This document shows positions 37,498 to 47,229 of a DNA stretch of 64,000 nt, one piece after another. The notes beneath the pieces were generated by a model. It had not been told where the DNA came from, searched no databases, and worked only from the letters and a program-made list of their open reading frames with translations. Position numbers and translations under genes: made by a program. The DNA lies in IMG/VR virus record IMGVR_UViG_3300038393_002936; one strand, 5' to 3'. This DNA comes from a virus. Within the stretch, counting starts at the first letter, position 1; each line of letters begins with the position of its first letter.

Positions 37498-37917
37498 ATG
37501 CACGATAAACTGACTCGCCAGGCCTATTTCGACCTGCTCGTCAAGACCAGTGCTGAGGGAGGCTTCCCGTCATGGGGCCTTGTTGACCCCGACTGCGGCG
37601 ATGGGTGCCTTTATAGGGGTCCCGATGGTCGCCAGTGTGCAGTGGGACTCCTGGTACCCGACGAGCTTTACGCTGACTACATGGAAGATGTCAGGGCGGA
37701 CCAACTATTCGAAGAGAATCCGGCTTTGCGACAGGTGATTCCCGAAGGGCTGACGGCTGGTGACCTGAGCGGAATCCAGAATGTCCACGACGCTCTCGCG
37801 GGTCGGGTGTCGCACTATGGCGGGATATGGCCGCACGAGGAATTCGTGGCGAAGTTGTCAGGACTCGACTGTTTTCGTGGTTTGACTGTCTCTGCCAGTA
37901 GTTTTTGTATCAGTTAA
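37498..37917 (+). CDS. 'CxYR...CAVG' family protein 4
   Basis: AYFDLLVKTS...GCLYRGPDGRQCAVGLLVP. Confidence 0.7.
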   Translation: MHDKLTRQAYFDLLVKTSAEGGFPSWGLVDPDCGDGCLYRGPDGRQCAVGLLVPDELYADYMEDVRADQLFEENPALRQVIPEGLTAGDLSGIQNVHDALAGRVSHYGGIWPHEEFVAKLSGLDCFRGLTVSASSFCIS

Positions 37918-37923
37918 GGAGTA

Positions 37924-38124
37924 TTGATGACACTTGAAGAACGCCGGACTCGGCTAAATACCCTGTCCAAAGACCAGCTCATAAAGCTCCTGGAAAACAT
38001 TCACGACCAACTTTACTTGTCAACCGAAAGCGGAGCGTCCTGCCTGGATTTTGATAGTCCGTGGAACGGAAGCGACATTTGCGAGGCTGTTACCTCGGTT
38101 TTTGACCAGATTCTTCCTCGTTAA
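37924..38124 (+). CDS. hypothetical protein
   Basis: AAGGAG RBS. Confidence 0.5.
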   Translation: MMTLEERRTRLNTLSKDQLIKLLENIHDQLYLSTESGASCLDFDSPWNGSDICEAVTSVFDQILPR

Positions 38125-38138
38125 CCTGTGGAGCACCC

Positions 38139-38486
38139 ATGAACACGAACGGAACCATCAAGACCCGCCGCGTCAACGCTATGAAGAAGGCCGACGAGTA
38201 CAAGTTCATGCAATGGCTTGATACCAAACGGGACTACTTGAGGAACCAGCGGCTGACGGCCCAGCAGATTGCCGAAGAAGCCACGAAGGCCGTCGGGGCG
38301 ATGGTCACCCGCAATAACGTAGTCAGTGCGTGTCGGGCCCTGGAATTCTCGCTGCCCAAGTCGAGCATCAACCGTGTCAGCAAGGCCCGGCGACGAATTC
38401 AGGAGTTGGAAGCGAAGGTCGGAGAACTGGAAGCCCGGCTCTCGCACCTTGAAGCACAGTTGGGTGTGACGGCCAAGGTCGCTTGA
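38139..38486 (+). CDS. putative HTH + leucine-zipper DNA-binding protein
   Basis: LTAQQIAEEA...VTRNNVVSAC; C-terminal heptad repeat. Confidence 0.6.
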   Translation: MNTNGTIKTRRVNAMKKADEYKFMQWLDTKRDYLRNQRLTAQQIAEEATKAVGAMVTRNNVVSACRALEFSLPKSSINRVSKARRRIQELEAKVGELEARLSHLEAQLGVTAKVA

Positions 38487-38507
38487 GCATGTGCCTTCGA
38501 CACCATT

Positions 38508-38534
38508 GGCCCCGGTTCCCGCCGGGGCTTTTCT
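38508..38534 (+). terminator. intrinsic terminator
   Basis: GGCCCCGG-TTCCCG-CCGGGGCT followed by TTTCT. Confidence 0.6.
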
Positions 38535-38550
38535 CATAAAGGACACAAGT

Positions 38551-40368
38551 ATGTGCATGACCGCAACTTATGACCCGGCCGACAACAAGCTTCGCTTGTA
38601 CTCGGACAGCCGACTTCCCCGTCAAACCTACGAACAGGTCCGGGCCGCTGGCTTCATCTGGGCTGCCAAGCAAGAGTTGTTTGTAGCTCCGGCCTGGACA
38701 CCTGAGCGAGAGGACTTGTTGCTGGAGCTGTGCGGGGAAATCGGGGACGAGGACACTTCGCTCGTTGAGCGAGCCGAAGAGCGAGCCGAAAGATTTGAAG
38801 AGTACAGTGAGAAGCGAGAAAACGAGGCCGAACGGGCTCACACAGCGGTCGAGCAGCTAGTGGACGGGATTCCGCTCGGCCAGCCGATTTTGGTCGGGCA
38901 TCACTCGGAGCGACGAGCCCGCAAGGACAAGGAGAAGATTGAGGCCGGGCTTCGCAAGGCGGTCAACCTATGGCGGACATCGCAATACTGGGAGGAACGA
39001 GCCCGTGGAGCACTGCGGCACGCCAAGTACAAGGAATTGCCGGCCGTCCGATACCGGCGAATCAAGGGGCTGGAGGCCGACAAGCGGAAGCAGGAGCGAG
39101 TCCTGGCGGACTCTGAAAAATCGACGAAGTCGTGGTTGGCGGAAGGTCTGGAACTGACGCCTGAGCGGGCGTTAGCTATCGCCAACTATGACCATATCTC
39201 GCGGTGCTTTCCGCTCGCCGAATATCCGAGGGAGTCGCCTGCCTCTCTGTACGAGGGCCAAATGTCCCTTTGGTCAGCTCTCGAAGACCAAATTATTACG
39301 CCCGACCAGGCCCGGGACATTGCCGTGAAGGCTCACGCGGCGACGGCTGTGAGGGCTCGGCGGTGGCTGGAGCACATCGAAAACCGGCTGCGGTACGAAC
39401 GGGCGATGTTGGGAGAACAAGGTGGGATTGTGGCGAACAAGAGCAGGCCCGAGGTCGGGGGCGGGTGCAAGTGCTGGGCTTCTCCCCGCGGCGGCTGGTC
39501 CTTCGTCAAGAAAGTGAACAAGGTGTCGGTGACGGTCGAGGACAACTGGGGAAACGGCGGCAAAAACTTTACGCGGACTATCCCCTTTGACAAGCTCACG
39601 GCCCTGATGAGCAAAGAAGAGGTCGAGACGAAGAGGGCCACGGGGGAATTGGTGGTAACGGAGGACGGGCGAGGTTACTTCGTGTCGTCTGCGACGACAG
39701 TCGGCAAAGCTGACGAGGACGAGGCCTCGCCAGTTGGCGGGAACGGAATTCCGGCAGGAGAAGGGTTAATAGGGGGGATTGGAAGTTTGCCACACTTCCC
39801 TACTCCTCTGCCGGAAAAGAACAAGTTCGAGGTCGCCGCAGAGGCCCTGCGAAACGGGGTCCAAACCGTCTCCGCCCCAAACCTGTTCCCGACCCCGCCC
39901 GACATCGCCCGGCAACTCGTGGGACTGGCGGACATCAGCGACGGGATGAGCGTGCTCGAACCCTCGGCCGGCACCGGAAACCTGGCCGACGCCGTCATGC
40001 AGCACAGTAAGCCGGGGTCGCTCTGCCTGGTCGAGCTGAACAGCCAGCTGTGTGCTTTGCTGGCGAGCAAGGGCTACTCGGTGGTCCAGGGCGATTTTTT
40101 GGAGCAAAACGGCGATATCGGTCAATTCGACCGAGTCGTGATGAACCCGCCTTTTGACCACGGTCTGGACATCAAGCACGTCAGGCATGCCCTGACGAAG
40201 CTGAAGCCGGGCGGTCGACTGGTCTCGGTTATGGCGAACGGACCCCGACAGCGTGAGGCTTTCGAACCCGTCGCCACGACCTGGGTCGACCTGCCGCCGG
40301 ACTCGTTCAAACAGCAGGGGACGAGCGTGAACACGGCCATCGTCGTGCTGGACGCTTCGGCGGCTTGA
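38551..40368 (+). CDS. DUF3560 domain fused to N6-adenine-type SAM methyltransferase
   Basis: TATYDPADNKLRLY, GQPILVGHHSE (DUF3560); FPTP, LEPSAGTG, NPPF (amino-MTase). Confidence 0.85.
   Translation: MCMTATYDPADNKLRLYSDSRLPRQTYEQVRAAGFIWAAKQELFVAPAWTPEREDLLLELCGEIGDEDTSLVERAEERAERFEEYSEKRENEAERAHTAVEQLVDGIPLGQPILVGHHSERRARKDKEKIEAGLRKAVNLWRTSQYWEERARGALRHAKYKELPAVRYRRIKGLEADKRKQERVLADSEKSTKSWLAEGLELTPERALAIANYDHISRCFPLAEYPRESPASLYEGQMSLWSALEDQIITPDQARDIAVKAHAATAVRARRWLEHIENRLRYERAMLGEQGGIVANKSRPEVGGGCKCWASPRGGWSFVKKVNKVSVTVEDNWGNGGKNFTRTIPFDKLTALMSKEEVETKRATGELVVTEDGRGYFVSSATTVGKADEDEASPVGGNGIPAGEGLIGGIGSLPHFPTPLPEKNKFEVAAEALRNGVQTVSAPNLFPTPPDIARQLVGLADISDGMSVLEPSAGTGNLADAVMQHSKPGSLCLVELNSQLCALLASKGYSVVQGDFLEQNGDIGQFDRVVMNPPFDHGLDIKHVRHALTKLKPGGRLVSVMANGPRQREAFEPVATTWVDLPPDSFKQQGTSVNTAIVVLDASAA
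39684..39816. repeat. composite element inserted in frame in the DUF3560-MTase linker
   Basis: GTCGTC-TGC-GACGAC, GTCGGC-AAA-GCTGAC, TTCCGGCAGGAGAAGGG, TTAATAGGGGGGATTGGAAG, CCTCTGCCGGAA. Confidence 0.85.
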
Positions 40369-40602
40369 CTTCGTCAAGTGGAGCAGGTCGGCTCCGCCGA
40401 CGTAAGCTCCACTCACCAGGAAAAGAGGATGGCCATGCTAGACAAGCTGCTGAACTGGTTAAGGCGACTCCTTGGGCTGGAGCTAATTTATTGTCGGTCG
40501 TGTGGGTCTCGGCCGTCGTCTTGGAATCACCCAGAAGACGACTGTCCAGAAGATTGCTGGTCTGCGTACTACGGACTCCGAGACTCATTCTAATGAAGGC
40601 TG

Positions 40603-40666
40603 TTCCGGCAGGGAAGTGGGCATGGGTCGTCCAAGCAATCCCCCCTATTGACCCTCTTCTGCCGGA
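40603..40666. repeat. A-B'-A' element
   Basis: TTCCGGCAGGGAAG...CCAAGCAATCCCCCCTATTGA...CTTCTGCCGGA. Confidence 0.8.
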
Positions 40667-40764
40667 CCTTCGCTCTTGCCAATATCCCCCTTTGCACCAT
40701 CTCAAGTAACGACTCGCTGGCGAAAGCCTCGCGTAGCGAGTGACTAATTTAATGAGGAGTTTCC

Positions 40765-41529
40765 ATGCACCTGACTTTTGGTCGCGGCAACTCGAAATTA
40801 GACCCCTCAATATACACGTTCAGCTTGCCGGCTGGCCACACTTGTCCCGGGGCCTCACTTTGTTTGACAAAGTCGAACCGGGCAACCGGTACGATTCAGG
40901 ACGGGGACAAAAGTGACCCACGCAGTTTTCGGTGTTATGCGGCGACGATGGAAGCGAGGTACAGGAGTGTTCGGGAAAGTCGCTGGAGTAACCTTCGGTT
41001 ACTCAGGAAGGCAAAAACAGAATCGAGAATGAGCCGACTTATTCTCACTTCCCTGCCGGAAAAGGCGGCTCTCGTTAGAGTCCACGATAGCGGCGATTTT
41101 TTCTCCGAGGTATACTTAAAAGCATGGCTGGCGGTCGCCCGAGCCCGTCCTCAGACTCGGTTTTATTGGTACTCAAAGAGCATCGAGTTCTGGGTTCGGC
41201 ACCTGGAGGAACTCGGGACCGGGCACGAGCCAGGCCGGGTGGCGAACGTGGTGCCCACGGCGAGTTTGGGTGGTCGGTGTGACGAGCTTGCTCGTCAGCA
41301 CGGGTTGAGAACTGCTCAGGTGGTTTTCAGCGAAGACGAAGCCGAGAATCTTGGACTCATAATCGACCATAATGACAGCCTCGCCATGCGACACGGACCC
41401 GACTTCGCCCTCCTGCTGCACGCCACGCAGCCGGCCGGGACGTCCGCGGCGGCGGCACACCGGGAGCTGAAGGCGAAAGGTTGGACGGGATACGCCAAGG
41501 AGCGAAGAGTGCCACTGGCCTTGGCCTAG
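40765..41529 (+). CDS. phage Gp88-like protein (radical-SAM-like Cys motif)
   Basis: GNSKL, FSLPAGHTCPGASLC, CYA, RVHDSGDF, YWYSK. Confidence 0.75.
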   Translation: MHLTFGRGNSKLDPSIYTFSLPAGHTCPGASLCLTKSNRATGTIQDGDKSDPRSFRCYAATMEARYRSVRESRWSNLRLLRKAKTESRMSRLILTSLPEKAALVRVHDSGDFFSEVYLKAWLAVARARPQTRFYWYSKSIEFWVRHLEELGTGHEPGRVANVVPTASLGGRCDELARQHGLRTAQVVFSEDEAENLGLIIDHNDSLAMRHGPDFALLLHATQPAGTSAAAAHRELKAKGWTGYAKERRVPLALA

Positions 41530-41642
41530 TGGACTCCGCCCATGTCGGCGAAGCCGACTTTCCGAAAAGTCGCCGGGCTCCTCTTGCGGGGAGCCCACTT
41601 CATTTAATAGTGTAGTTAACAGCCACGACGAAAGACCTAGTC

Positions 41643-41996
41643 ATGCTGTCGCAATGTCCAGTCTGCACCCGCCAAGTCGCCCACGGCGAGAAAATCGCGA
41701 GAACCACGGCCGGAATCTGGTGCCACACGGCCTGCGCGACGGGAGATGGCCCGACCATCGCGGGTCCCATCATTACTAATCACCTGCACTATTATGTGAG
41801 CGTCGGCGACCCAGAAAACAGTTGCAAACGAGGGGTCTTACTCGGGCCGTTCCCCGACTACGACGAGGCGAATCGCAATGTGAATAAAGGCCGGGAACTT
41901 GCCCAGAAGGCGGACCCGTGGGCGGCTTTTTGCATGTTCGGAGTTTGCAGTTCGAACCACTTGCTAAAGACAGTTTTTGACCACACACAAGATTAG
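41643..41996 (+). CDS. hypothetical Zn-finger protein
   Basis: CPVC...WCHTAC; LLGPF motif. Confidence 0.55.
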   Translation: MLSQCPVCTRQVAHGEKIARTTAGIWCHTACATGDGPTIAGPIITNHLHYYVSVGDPENSCKRGVLLGPFPDYDEANRNVNKGRELAQKADPWAAFCMFGVCSSNHLLKTVFDHTQD

Positions 41997-42016
41997 GAAA
42001 TATCGCTTGCGACAGC

Positions 42017-42658
42017 GTGAGCGACCAAAGGGAGCGAACAATCGAAAGGAGCGGAGCGAACTTGAGATTCAACCATAACTTGCTCGTGTTCGACATCGAA
42101 ACCACGGACCCTCGCGAGGACGGTCCGCCGGCCATTATTGAGATTGGGGCCGTCATGCTCGGCGGCGATTTGGAGCAGCTCGGCAGGTTTCAATCTTTTG
42201 TGTTCCCGGGGCGACCCGTTTCGGACCGCATCCTGGAACTTACGGCGATAAACAAAGAAGACCTGGAGCGAGCCGACGGATGGTTGGTTGTTGCACAACG
42301 GTTCGAAAACTGGGTGAGTTCCTATCGGAATCCTCAAAAGGTCCGATTGACCACTTGGGGCATGTACGACGTGGGCTGTCTTCGACAACACTATGAAGGA
42401 TACGAGCGGCCTTATCCTTTTGCCGGAAGCAGTCTGGATGTTAAGACTGCGGCGACCATGTGGTGTGCGTTGAGCGGCCAACGAACTGACCCCTTGGGCC
42501 TGGCAAAGGCCGCCGAATATTTGGGGCTCAAATGGACGGGGGTTCAGCACCGTGCTTTGGCGGACGCCGAAATGACCGCGGCGGTGTTCAGGAAAGTTAT
42601 GGAGGATGTCGGCGGAGGCGTTTGGCTTAACAAACAGTATGTAAAGGTTAGCTTTTAG
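42017..42658 (+). CDS. DEDDh 3'-5' exonuclease (ERI-1/KapD-like)
   Basis: VFDIETT, IIEIGAV, WGMYD, HRALADA. Confidence 0.88.
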   Translation: MSDQRERTIERSGANLRFNHNLLVFDIETTDPREDGPPAIIEIGAVMLGGDLEQLGRFQSFVFPGRPVSDRILELTAINKEDLERADGWLVVAQRFENWVSSYRNPQKVRLTTWGMYDVGCLRQHYEGYERPYPFAGSSLDVKTAATMWCALSGQRTDPLGLAKAAEYLGLKWTGVQHRALADAEMTAAVFRKVMEDVGGGVWLNKQYVKVSF

Positions 42659-42671
42659 AAGGGAGTTCAAA

Positions 42672-42983
42672 GTGCGATTTTACGAATTGGCAGTACGGCT
42701 TCGTCGAGATAAAGACCCGTCTTCGGGTCACTATTTACATAGTCGCTTTGTGTGCCAGGACCACTGCGGCCGGTTTTATGTGGGGTTCGAGCCCATGCCG
42801 ATTGCTTCGCATAAGGTGGGCATGGCGACGGGTTCGTGTTATGCCCAGATGACCGATGTTGAGTGTGTCGAAGTTCGTGTTGCCGAACGCGATAGCGTTA
42901 AATTCGACTCAAAGGAGGACCCGTGGAACTCGACAAACCCATCACCATCCAAGACGTTTTGTCTTTGGTTCATGGCCTGCTGA
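42672..42983 (+). CDS. hypothetical protein
   Basis: GGGAG RBS. Confidence 0.45.
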   Translation: MRFYELAVRLRRDKDPSSGHYLHSRFVCQDHCGRFYVGFEPMPIASHKVGMATGSCYAQMTDVECVEVRVAERDSVKFDSKEDPWNSTNPSPSKTFCLWFMAC

Positions 42984-43180
42984 ATTTTCCCTACCCCCGG
43001 ATTTGCCGCCATGCGGTCGCAAGCAACCTTCTGTCAGAACTCGAAGCGAGAGGCTGGAAGTGTCCGCCTGAATTGGAGGAGGCGGTCGTCCGATGTCAGG
43101 ATGATGACGCAATCGCCATAATCGACAGGCTTGTTGGCGAAGCCGACGGGACCGGAGGTCCGGCAGGAGAGGTTAAGTAG
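42923..43180 (+). CDS. hypothetical protein (C-terminus overlaps repeat)
   Basis: AGGAGG RBS; ends GEADGTGGPAGEVK encoded by the hairpin-A element. Confidence 0.55.
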   Translation: MELDKPITIQDVLSLVHGLLNFPYPRICRHAVASNLLSELEARGWKCPPELEEAVVRCQDDDAIAIIDRLVGEADGTGGPAGEVK

Positions 43181-43205
43181 GAACGCCCTCCCTTCCCTGC
43201 CGGAA
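43133..43205. repeat. two-hairpin A/A' element
   Basis: GTTGGC-GAA-GCCGAC G GGACC-GGA-GGTCC GGCAGGAGAGG...CCTTCCCTGCCGGAA. Confidence 0.85.
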
Positions 43206-43255
43206 CTTTGTTATTGATAGTTCAGCTGGCCACCAGAGTATTTCGAGGAACAATC

Positions 43256-43501
43256 ATGGCCCACTGGCGTGAAAAACTGGACATCAAGCAATTTTTACAG
43301 GGCGATTCTCTTCCTCCTGACGAGCCCGTTCCTGTGGAATTGGTCACGCAAGTTCGGGAGGAAATCAAGAAGAGTAGGCTACTGCCCGTCGCCTCATTGC
43401 TAGAAGAGCTCGACTATGTGGCTACGGTCGAGGATTTTGATAACTGGCTCGAGGAACTTTACAACGAGGCGGATGCAAAGCGTGTGTGGTTGGGTCTGTA
43501 A
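43256..43501 (+). CDS. hypothetical acidic protein
   Basis: MAHWREKLDI...FDNWLEELYNEAD. Confidence 0.6.
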   Translation: MAHWREKLDIKQFLQGDSLPPDEPVPVELVTQVREEIKKSRLLPVASLLEELDYVATVEDFDNWLEELYNEADAKRVWLGL

Positions 43502-43521
43502 ATCGAAACAAGGAGCCAATA

Positions 43522-44520
43522 ATGAGTCCAAAAGATGTGGCGATTACGCTATCAAGTTTAATTAATTCTCTTAAGTCTGTCTTTCTGTGGGGTCCGCCGG
43601 GCGTAGGTAAAAGCAGCGTCGTTAAGCAAGTCGCCAACGAGCTCGGCCATCGGCTTATCGACGTGCGGGCAAGCCTGTTGGACCCCGTGGACCTTCGCGG
43701 GCTTCCGAGCGTGGCCGGCGGAATCACTCGGTGGAATCCTCCGGAATTCCTGCCCCAGGATAACGAGCCCACCATCCTGTTTCTGGACGAACTCCCGCAG
43801 GCCCCGCCCCTGGTCCAGTCGTCTTTACTTCAGCTGATTCTCGACCGCCGCCTGGGTGAGTATTCGGCCCCGTCCAAGACCTACATCATGGCGGCAGGAA
43901 ACCGGGCAGAAGACCGGACGGGTTCGCATAGGCTATCATCGGCCCTCTTGAATCGCTTCATTCATATTGACTTTGAGATGTCGAACGAGGACTGGCAGGA
44001 GTGGGCTGCCGCGAATGGTGTGGCCCCGGAAATCCGGGCTTTTTTGCGGCTGAGGTCACACCTGCTGTTTGATTTTAAACCCGAGAGTAACCCCCGGAGC
44101 TTCCCGACCCCCCGGACCTGGGCGTATGTCAGTGAAATTTTGCATGTGACCCCGGCTCACCTCCAGCAGTCCGTCGTGGCCGGATGTGTCGGGGACGGGC
44201 CGGCGGCCGAGTTCATGGGGTTCCTGAAGCTGTACCAGCAACTGCCGGACATTGACCAGGTGCTCACGAATCCCAAGACAACTCCGGTTCCGAAGGAGCC
44301 ATCGGTGCTGTACGCCCTGGTGTCCGCTCTCGCGGACACGTTGAAAAAGAAGAAGAGCCTGGCTAATGCTTATGTGCAATTTGCGACCAGGTTGCCTGAT
44401 GAATTCAGTATGCTCGCTCTTCGCGAGGCCCTTTCGGTGGACAAGATGCTGATTACGAACCCCCTGGTTTCACAGTGGGTGAATACGGCACGGGCCAAAG
44501 GTATGTTTGCCGGTGCCTAA
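43522..44520 (+). CDS. AAA+ ATPase (MoxR/CbbQ-like)
   Basis: GPPGVGKS, ILFLDE, AAGNR, ALLNRF, PTPRTW. Confidence 0.88.
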   Translation: MSPKDVAITLSSLINSLKSVFLWGPPGVGKSSVVKQVANELGHRLIDVRASLLDPVDLRGLPSVAGGITRWNPPEFLPQDNEPTILFLDELPQAPPLVQSSLLQLILDRRLGEYSAPSKTYIMAAGNRAEDRTGSHRLSSALLNRFIHIDFEMSNEDWQEWAAANGVAPEIRAFLRLRSHLLFDFKPESNPRSFPTPRTWAYVSEILHVTPAHLQQSVVAGCVGDGPAAEFMGFLKLYQQLPDIDQVLTNPKTTPVPKEPSVLYALVSALADTLKKKKSLANAYVQFATRLPDEFSMLALREALSVDKMLITNPLVSQWVNTARAKGMFAGA

Positions 44521-44609
44521 CGGCACCGTGGAAAGACTCAATATAAGAATAGTTTCTGTGAGGAACAAACCTCGCCCGCTTCTCGAACCCTTACCTCTAG
44601 GTAACAAAA

Positions 44610-45494
44610 ATGGTTATTGGCAAGATTAACCCGACCGGCCTTATCACGTTCTGGTCACTTTCGGAATACTCGAATCGCGAGAAACTGATGGGGGCATGGT
44701 CCCCCCTCGGACTCGGCAAGTTGGTGCCGGAACCGCGACCTGCGGTCACCTGCTTGAAGGATGCCATGATTGAGGTCGTCGGGTCCTCGAAGAACCTAGT
44801 GCGACCTCTGGCCTCGCGGACCGGCTTCGTGGTGGTCAACGAGACGCGGGGGACCGAGGAGAACCAGTACCAACCGCGGTTTTCGGCTCGGGTCACCGAG
44901 GGTATCAACAAGCCTTTGTTCTCGATTGATACCGAGGAGACCCGCAAGGTCGAGGAGAGTTTCTACAAGCATCTGGGCCGGCTCCGCAACACGCAAGTCA
45001 CGGCCGCCCTGGTTGCCGCCGTATCGCAACTGGGTGGAACTCGCCTGCGGCCTTCGGGCGGCATCTACTGGTTGGCCGGAGACAGGCTGGAGGCCTGGGA
45101 GCAGCTGGCCGCAGGAGCGACCGACGCAGCAGAAGATGGCCAAAACACAATCTATCTTTTGAAACACGATTTGGACGCCTCGGCGGTTACCGCCGTAAAG
45201 GATGCCATCGTGGCCGAAATCGAGTACGAGACGAACCGACTAGTGACCGAACTCCGCGAGGGAGACCTGGGCCGTCGGGCGGTCGAGTCTCGGAAGCGTG
45301 AAGCCGCGGCTTTGCGGGACAAAGTGAGTGAGTACGAAAGCATCCTGAACGTGGGCCTTGAACACCTCCGCAAACACCTGGACGCGGTCGACCAGACGGC
45401 CGCTCTGTCGGCCCTGTTGTTGGCGGCGGACTTGGAATCGGCCGACCAGGAAGACGCGAGCGGGAAGGAGGTGCGAGATGCCGTCACGGTGTGA
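44610..45494 (+). CDS. AAA/vWA-module-associated protein (DUF3150/DUF6744-like)
   Basis: between AAA and vWA genes; 'LRPSGGIYW' motif and coiled coil. Confidence 0.55.
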   Translation: MVIGKINPTGLITFWSLSEYSNREKLMGAWSPLGLGKLVPEPRPAVTCLKDAMIEVVGSSKNLVRPLASRTGFVVVNETRGTEENQYQPRFSARVTEGINKPLFSIDTEETRKVEESFYKHLGRLRNTQVTAALVAAVSQLGGTRLRPSGGIYWLAGDRLEAWEQLAAGATDAAEDGQNTIYLLKHDLDASAVTAVKDAIVAEIEYETNRLVTELREGDLGRRAVESRKREAAALRDKVSEYESILNVGLEHLRKHLDAVDQTAALSALLLAADLESADQEDASGKEVRDAVTV

Positions 45495-46770
45495 TTCGGG
45501 TTCGGAGAACCCGTTCGGAGCCCTCGAAGAACTTGCGGCACGCCAACAAGCCGCCGACAAGGCGAAGTTGGCCATCACGGCGGCCCGAGCCCGCTTGCTG
45601 CTCGGGCGAGACGCCAAAAGCGTGTTCTTCGCGACCCTGGCCTTGCGGCTGAAGGTGGAGGAGGACTGGACCTGCGAGACGGCGTGGGTCGACGGCAAGA
45701 CTTTGGGCTACAACCCCAGCTTCATTAGTGGTCTGACGCTGGACGAGGTGGTCGGGGTACTCGTCCACGAGACGTTACACGTCGGATTGGCCCACCATGT
45801 GCGGCGAGGGGACAGGGACCCGACCAAATTCAACGAAGCAGCAGACCTGGCCGCCAATTCCATCATGAAAGGAGCGAGCTTTAAACTGCCGAAAGGAGCG
45901 TTGTTTCCCGGCGAGGGTAAGTACAAAGATTTTGCGTCTGACTTGTCTGCCGAGGAGTATTATGTAATGTTGCCGCCGGACCCACCACCGAGCGAGAGCA
46001 ATGACGGTCAGGGTGACGGAGGCGGAAACGGCGAAGGTCAGGATGAAAACGTGAGCGACAGCGTGCGACCGGGTCGGGACCCGGGGCGCACAGGGGAGGT
46101 CCGAGACCCCGGCCAGGGCAGTCCCGCAGAGAAGGCGGACGCCAAAGCCGATTGGGAAGTGGCGGTCGCCCAGGCCGAGCAGGCAGCCAAGCAGAGAGGC
46201 CCCCTTCCTGCCGGACTAGCCCGAATGGTGGACCAGGTGTTGAGGACGCCCGCCGACTGGCGGGCTATTCTGCGAGAGTTCGTTTCCCAACAAGCCCGCA
46301 ACGATTTCAGTTGGAGCAAACCGAACAGGCGGTTTATCGCCCAGGGGCTGTACCTGCCCGGTTTGCACAGCGAGGAGCTCGGTGAAGTGGTCATCATGGT
46401 GGACTGCTCGGGGTCTGTCGGCCCGAACGAGCTGGCCATGTTCGGTTCGGAAATCGACGGGATTCTGTCCAGCTACGAATGTGAAGCGACCATCCTCTAT
46501 CACGACGTGGAAGTGGTTGGGGTCGAGCACTGGCGGTCGTCGGACGGCCCGCTAAAGCTGGAGCCTGTCGGGGGCGGGGGCACGTCGCACCGCCCGGCGT
46601 TCGACTGGGTGAGCGGAGCTCACCAGGGAAGTGGAGCAGCATGTGTGGTTGCCCTGACCGACCTCTACACGGAGTTTCCTCGTCAAGCACCAGATGTTCC
46701 GGTCTTATGGGCGGTGGTCGGAAACAAGGGGGCCGAGGCTCCTTTTGGTCGGATTATTCATTTGGACTAA
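45478..46770 (+). CDS. DUF2201-type metallopeptidase + vWA domain protein
   Basis: TAWVDG, HETLH (HExxH), N.AADLA.N, DCSGS MIDAS, GGGGT, LTD. Confidence 0.85.
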   Translation: MPSRCDSGSENPFGALEELAARQQAADKAKLAITAARARLLLGRDAKSVFFATLALRLKVEEDWTCETAWVDGKTLGYNPSFISGLTLDEVVGVLVHETLHVGLAHHVRRGDRDPTKFNEAADLAANSIMKGASFKLPKGALFPGEGKYKDFASDLSAEEYYVMLPPDPPPSESNDGQGDGGGNGEGQDENVSDSVRPGRDPGRTGEVRDPGQGSPAEKADAKADWEVAVAQAEQAAKQRGPLPAGLARMVDQVLRTPADWRAILREFVSQQARNDFSWSKPNRRFIAQGLYLPGLHSEELGEVVIMVDCSGSVGPNELAMFGSEIDGILSSYECEATILYHDVEVVGVEHWRSSDGPLKLEPVGGGGTSHRPAFDWVSGAHQGSGAACVVALTDLYTEFPRQAPDVPVLWAVVGNKGAEAPFGRIIHLD

Positions 46771-46791
46771 GGCATTAATAGGGAGGATTGC

Positions 46792-47229
46792 ATGGATATG
46801 TACACCGGTCTTCGGGCGTCGGTCGTCGTCAAGCCCGAATGGCGAGCGGCCATCGGCCTTTTGCACGAAACGGAAGCAGATGACCGTTGGCGGCGAGTAT
46901 TTGATTCCTTCCCGGCAATTCCGGGTCTGAACAAGTGGGTCGAAGTTTGGCGGCGGGATTATATCCCATTCGGCGACCTGGCTTATATGCCAGAGGACTT
47001 TAGCGAGGCTGAAGACAGAGAATCCTACTCGACATACGAATTCGCCAGCGGCAAATGGACCTTTTGTTGTTCGCTGAAGAACTACGAAAATGAAATTAAA
47101 ATTTTCGTCGAAAACGTTCTTGCCCACATCGTGGAACGGGTCGAATATTGCGAGTCTCTCTATGAAGACTATCCGCCGGGTGACTGGCGGAAGTGGACCA
47201 CAAGATGGCTTAAGGAGGGGAACGTATGA
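46792..47229 (+). CDS. hypothetical protein
   Basis: RBS supplied by motif B (TTAATAGGGAGGATTGC ATG). Confidence 0.65.
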   Translation: MDMYTGLRASVVVKPEWRAAIGLLHETEADDRWRRVFDSFPAIPGLNKWVEVWRRDYIPFGDLAYMPEDFSEAEDRESYSTYEFASGKWTFCCSLKNYENEIKIFVENVLAHIVERVEYCESLYEDYPPGDWRKWTTRWLKEGNV

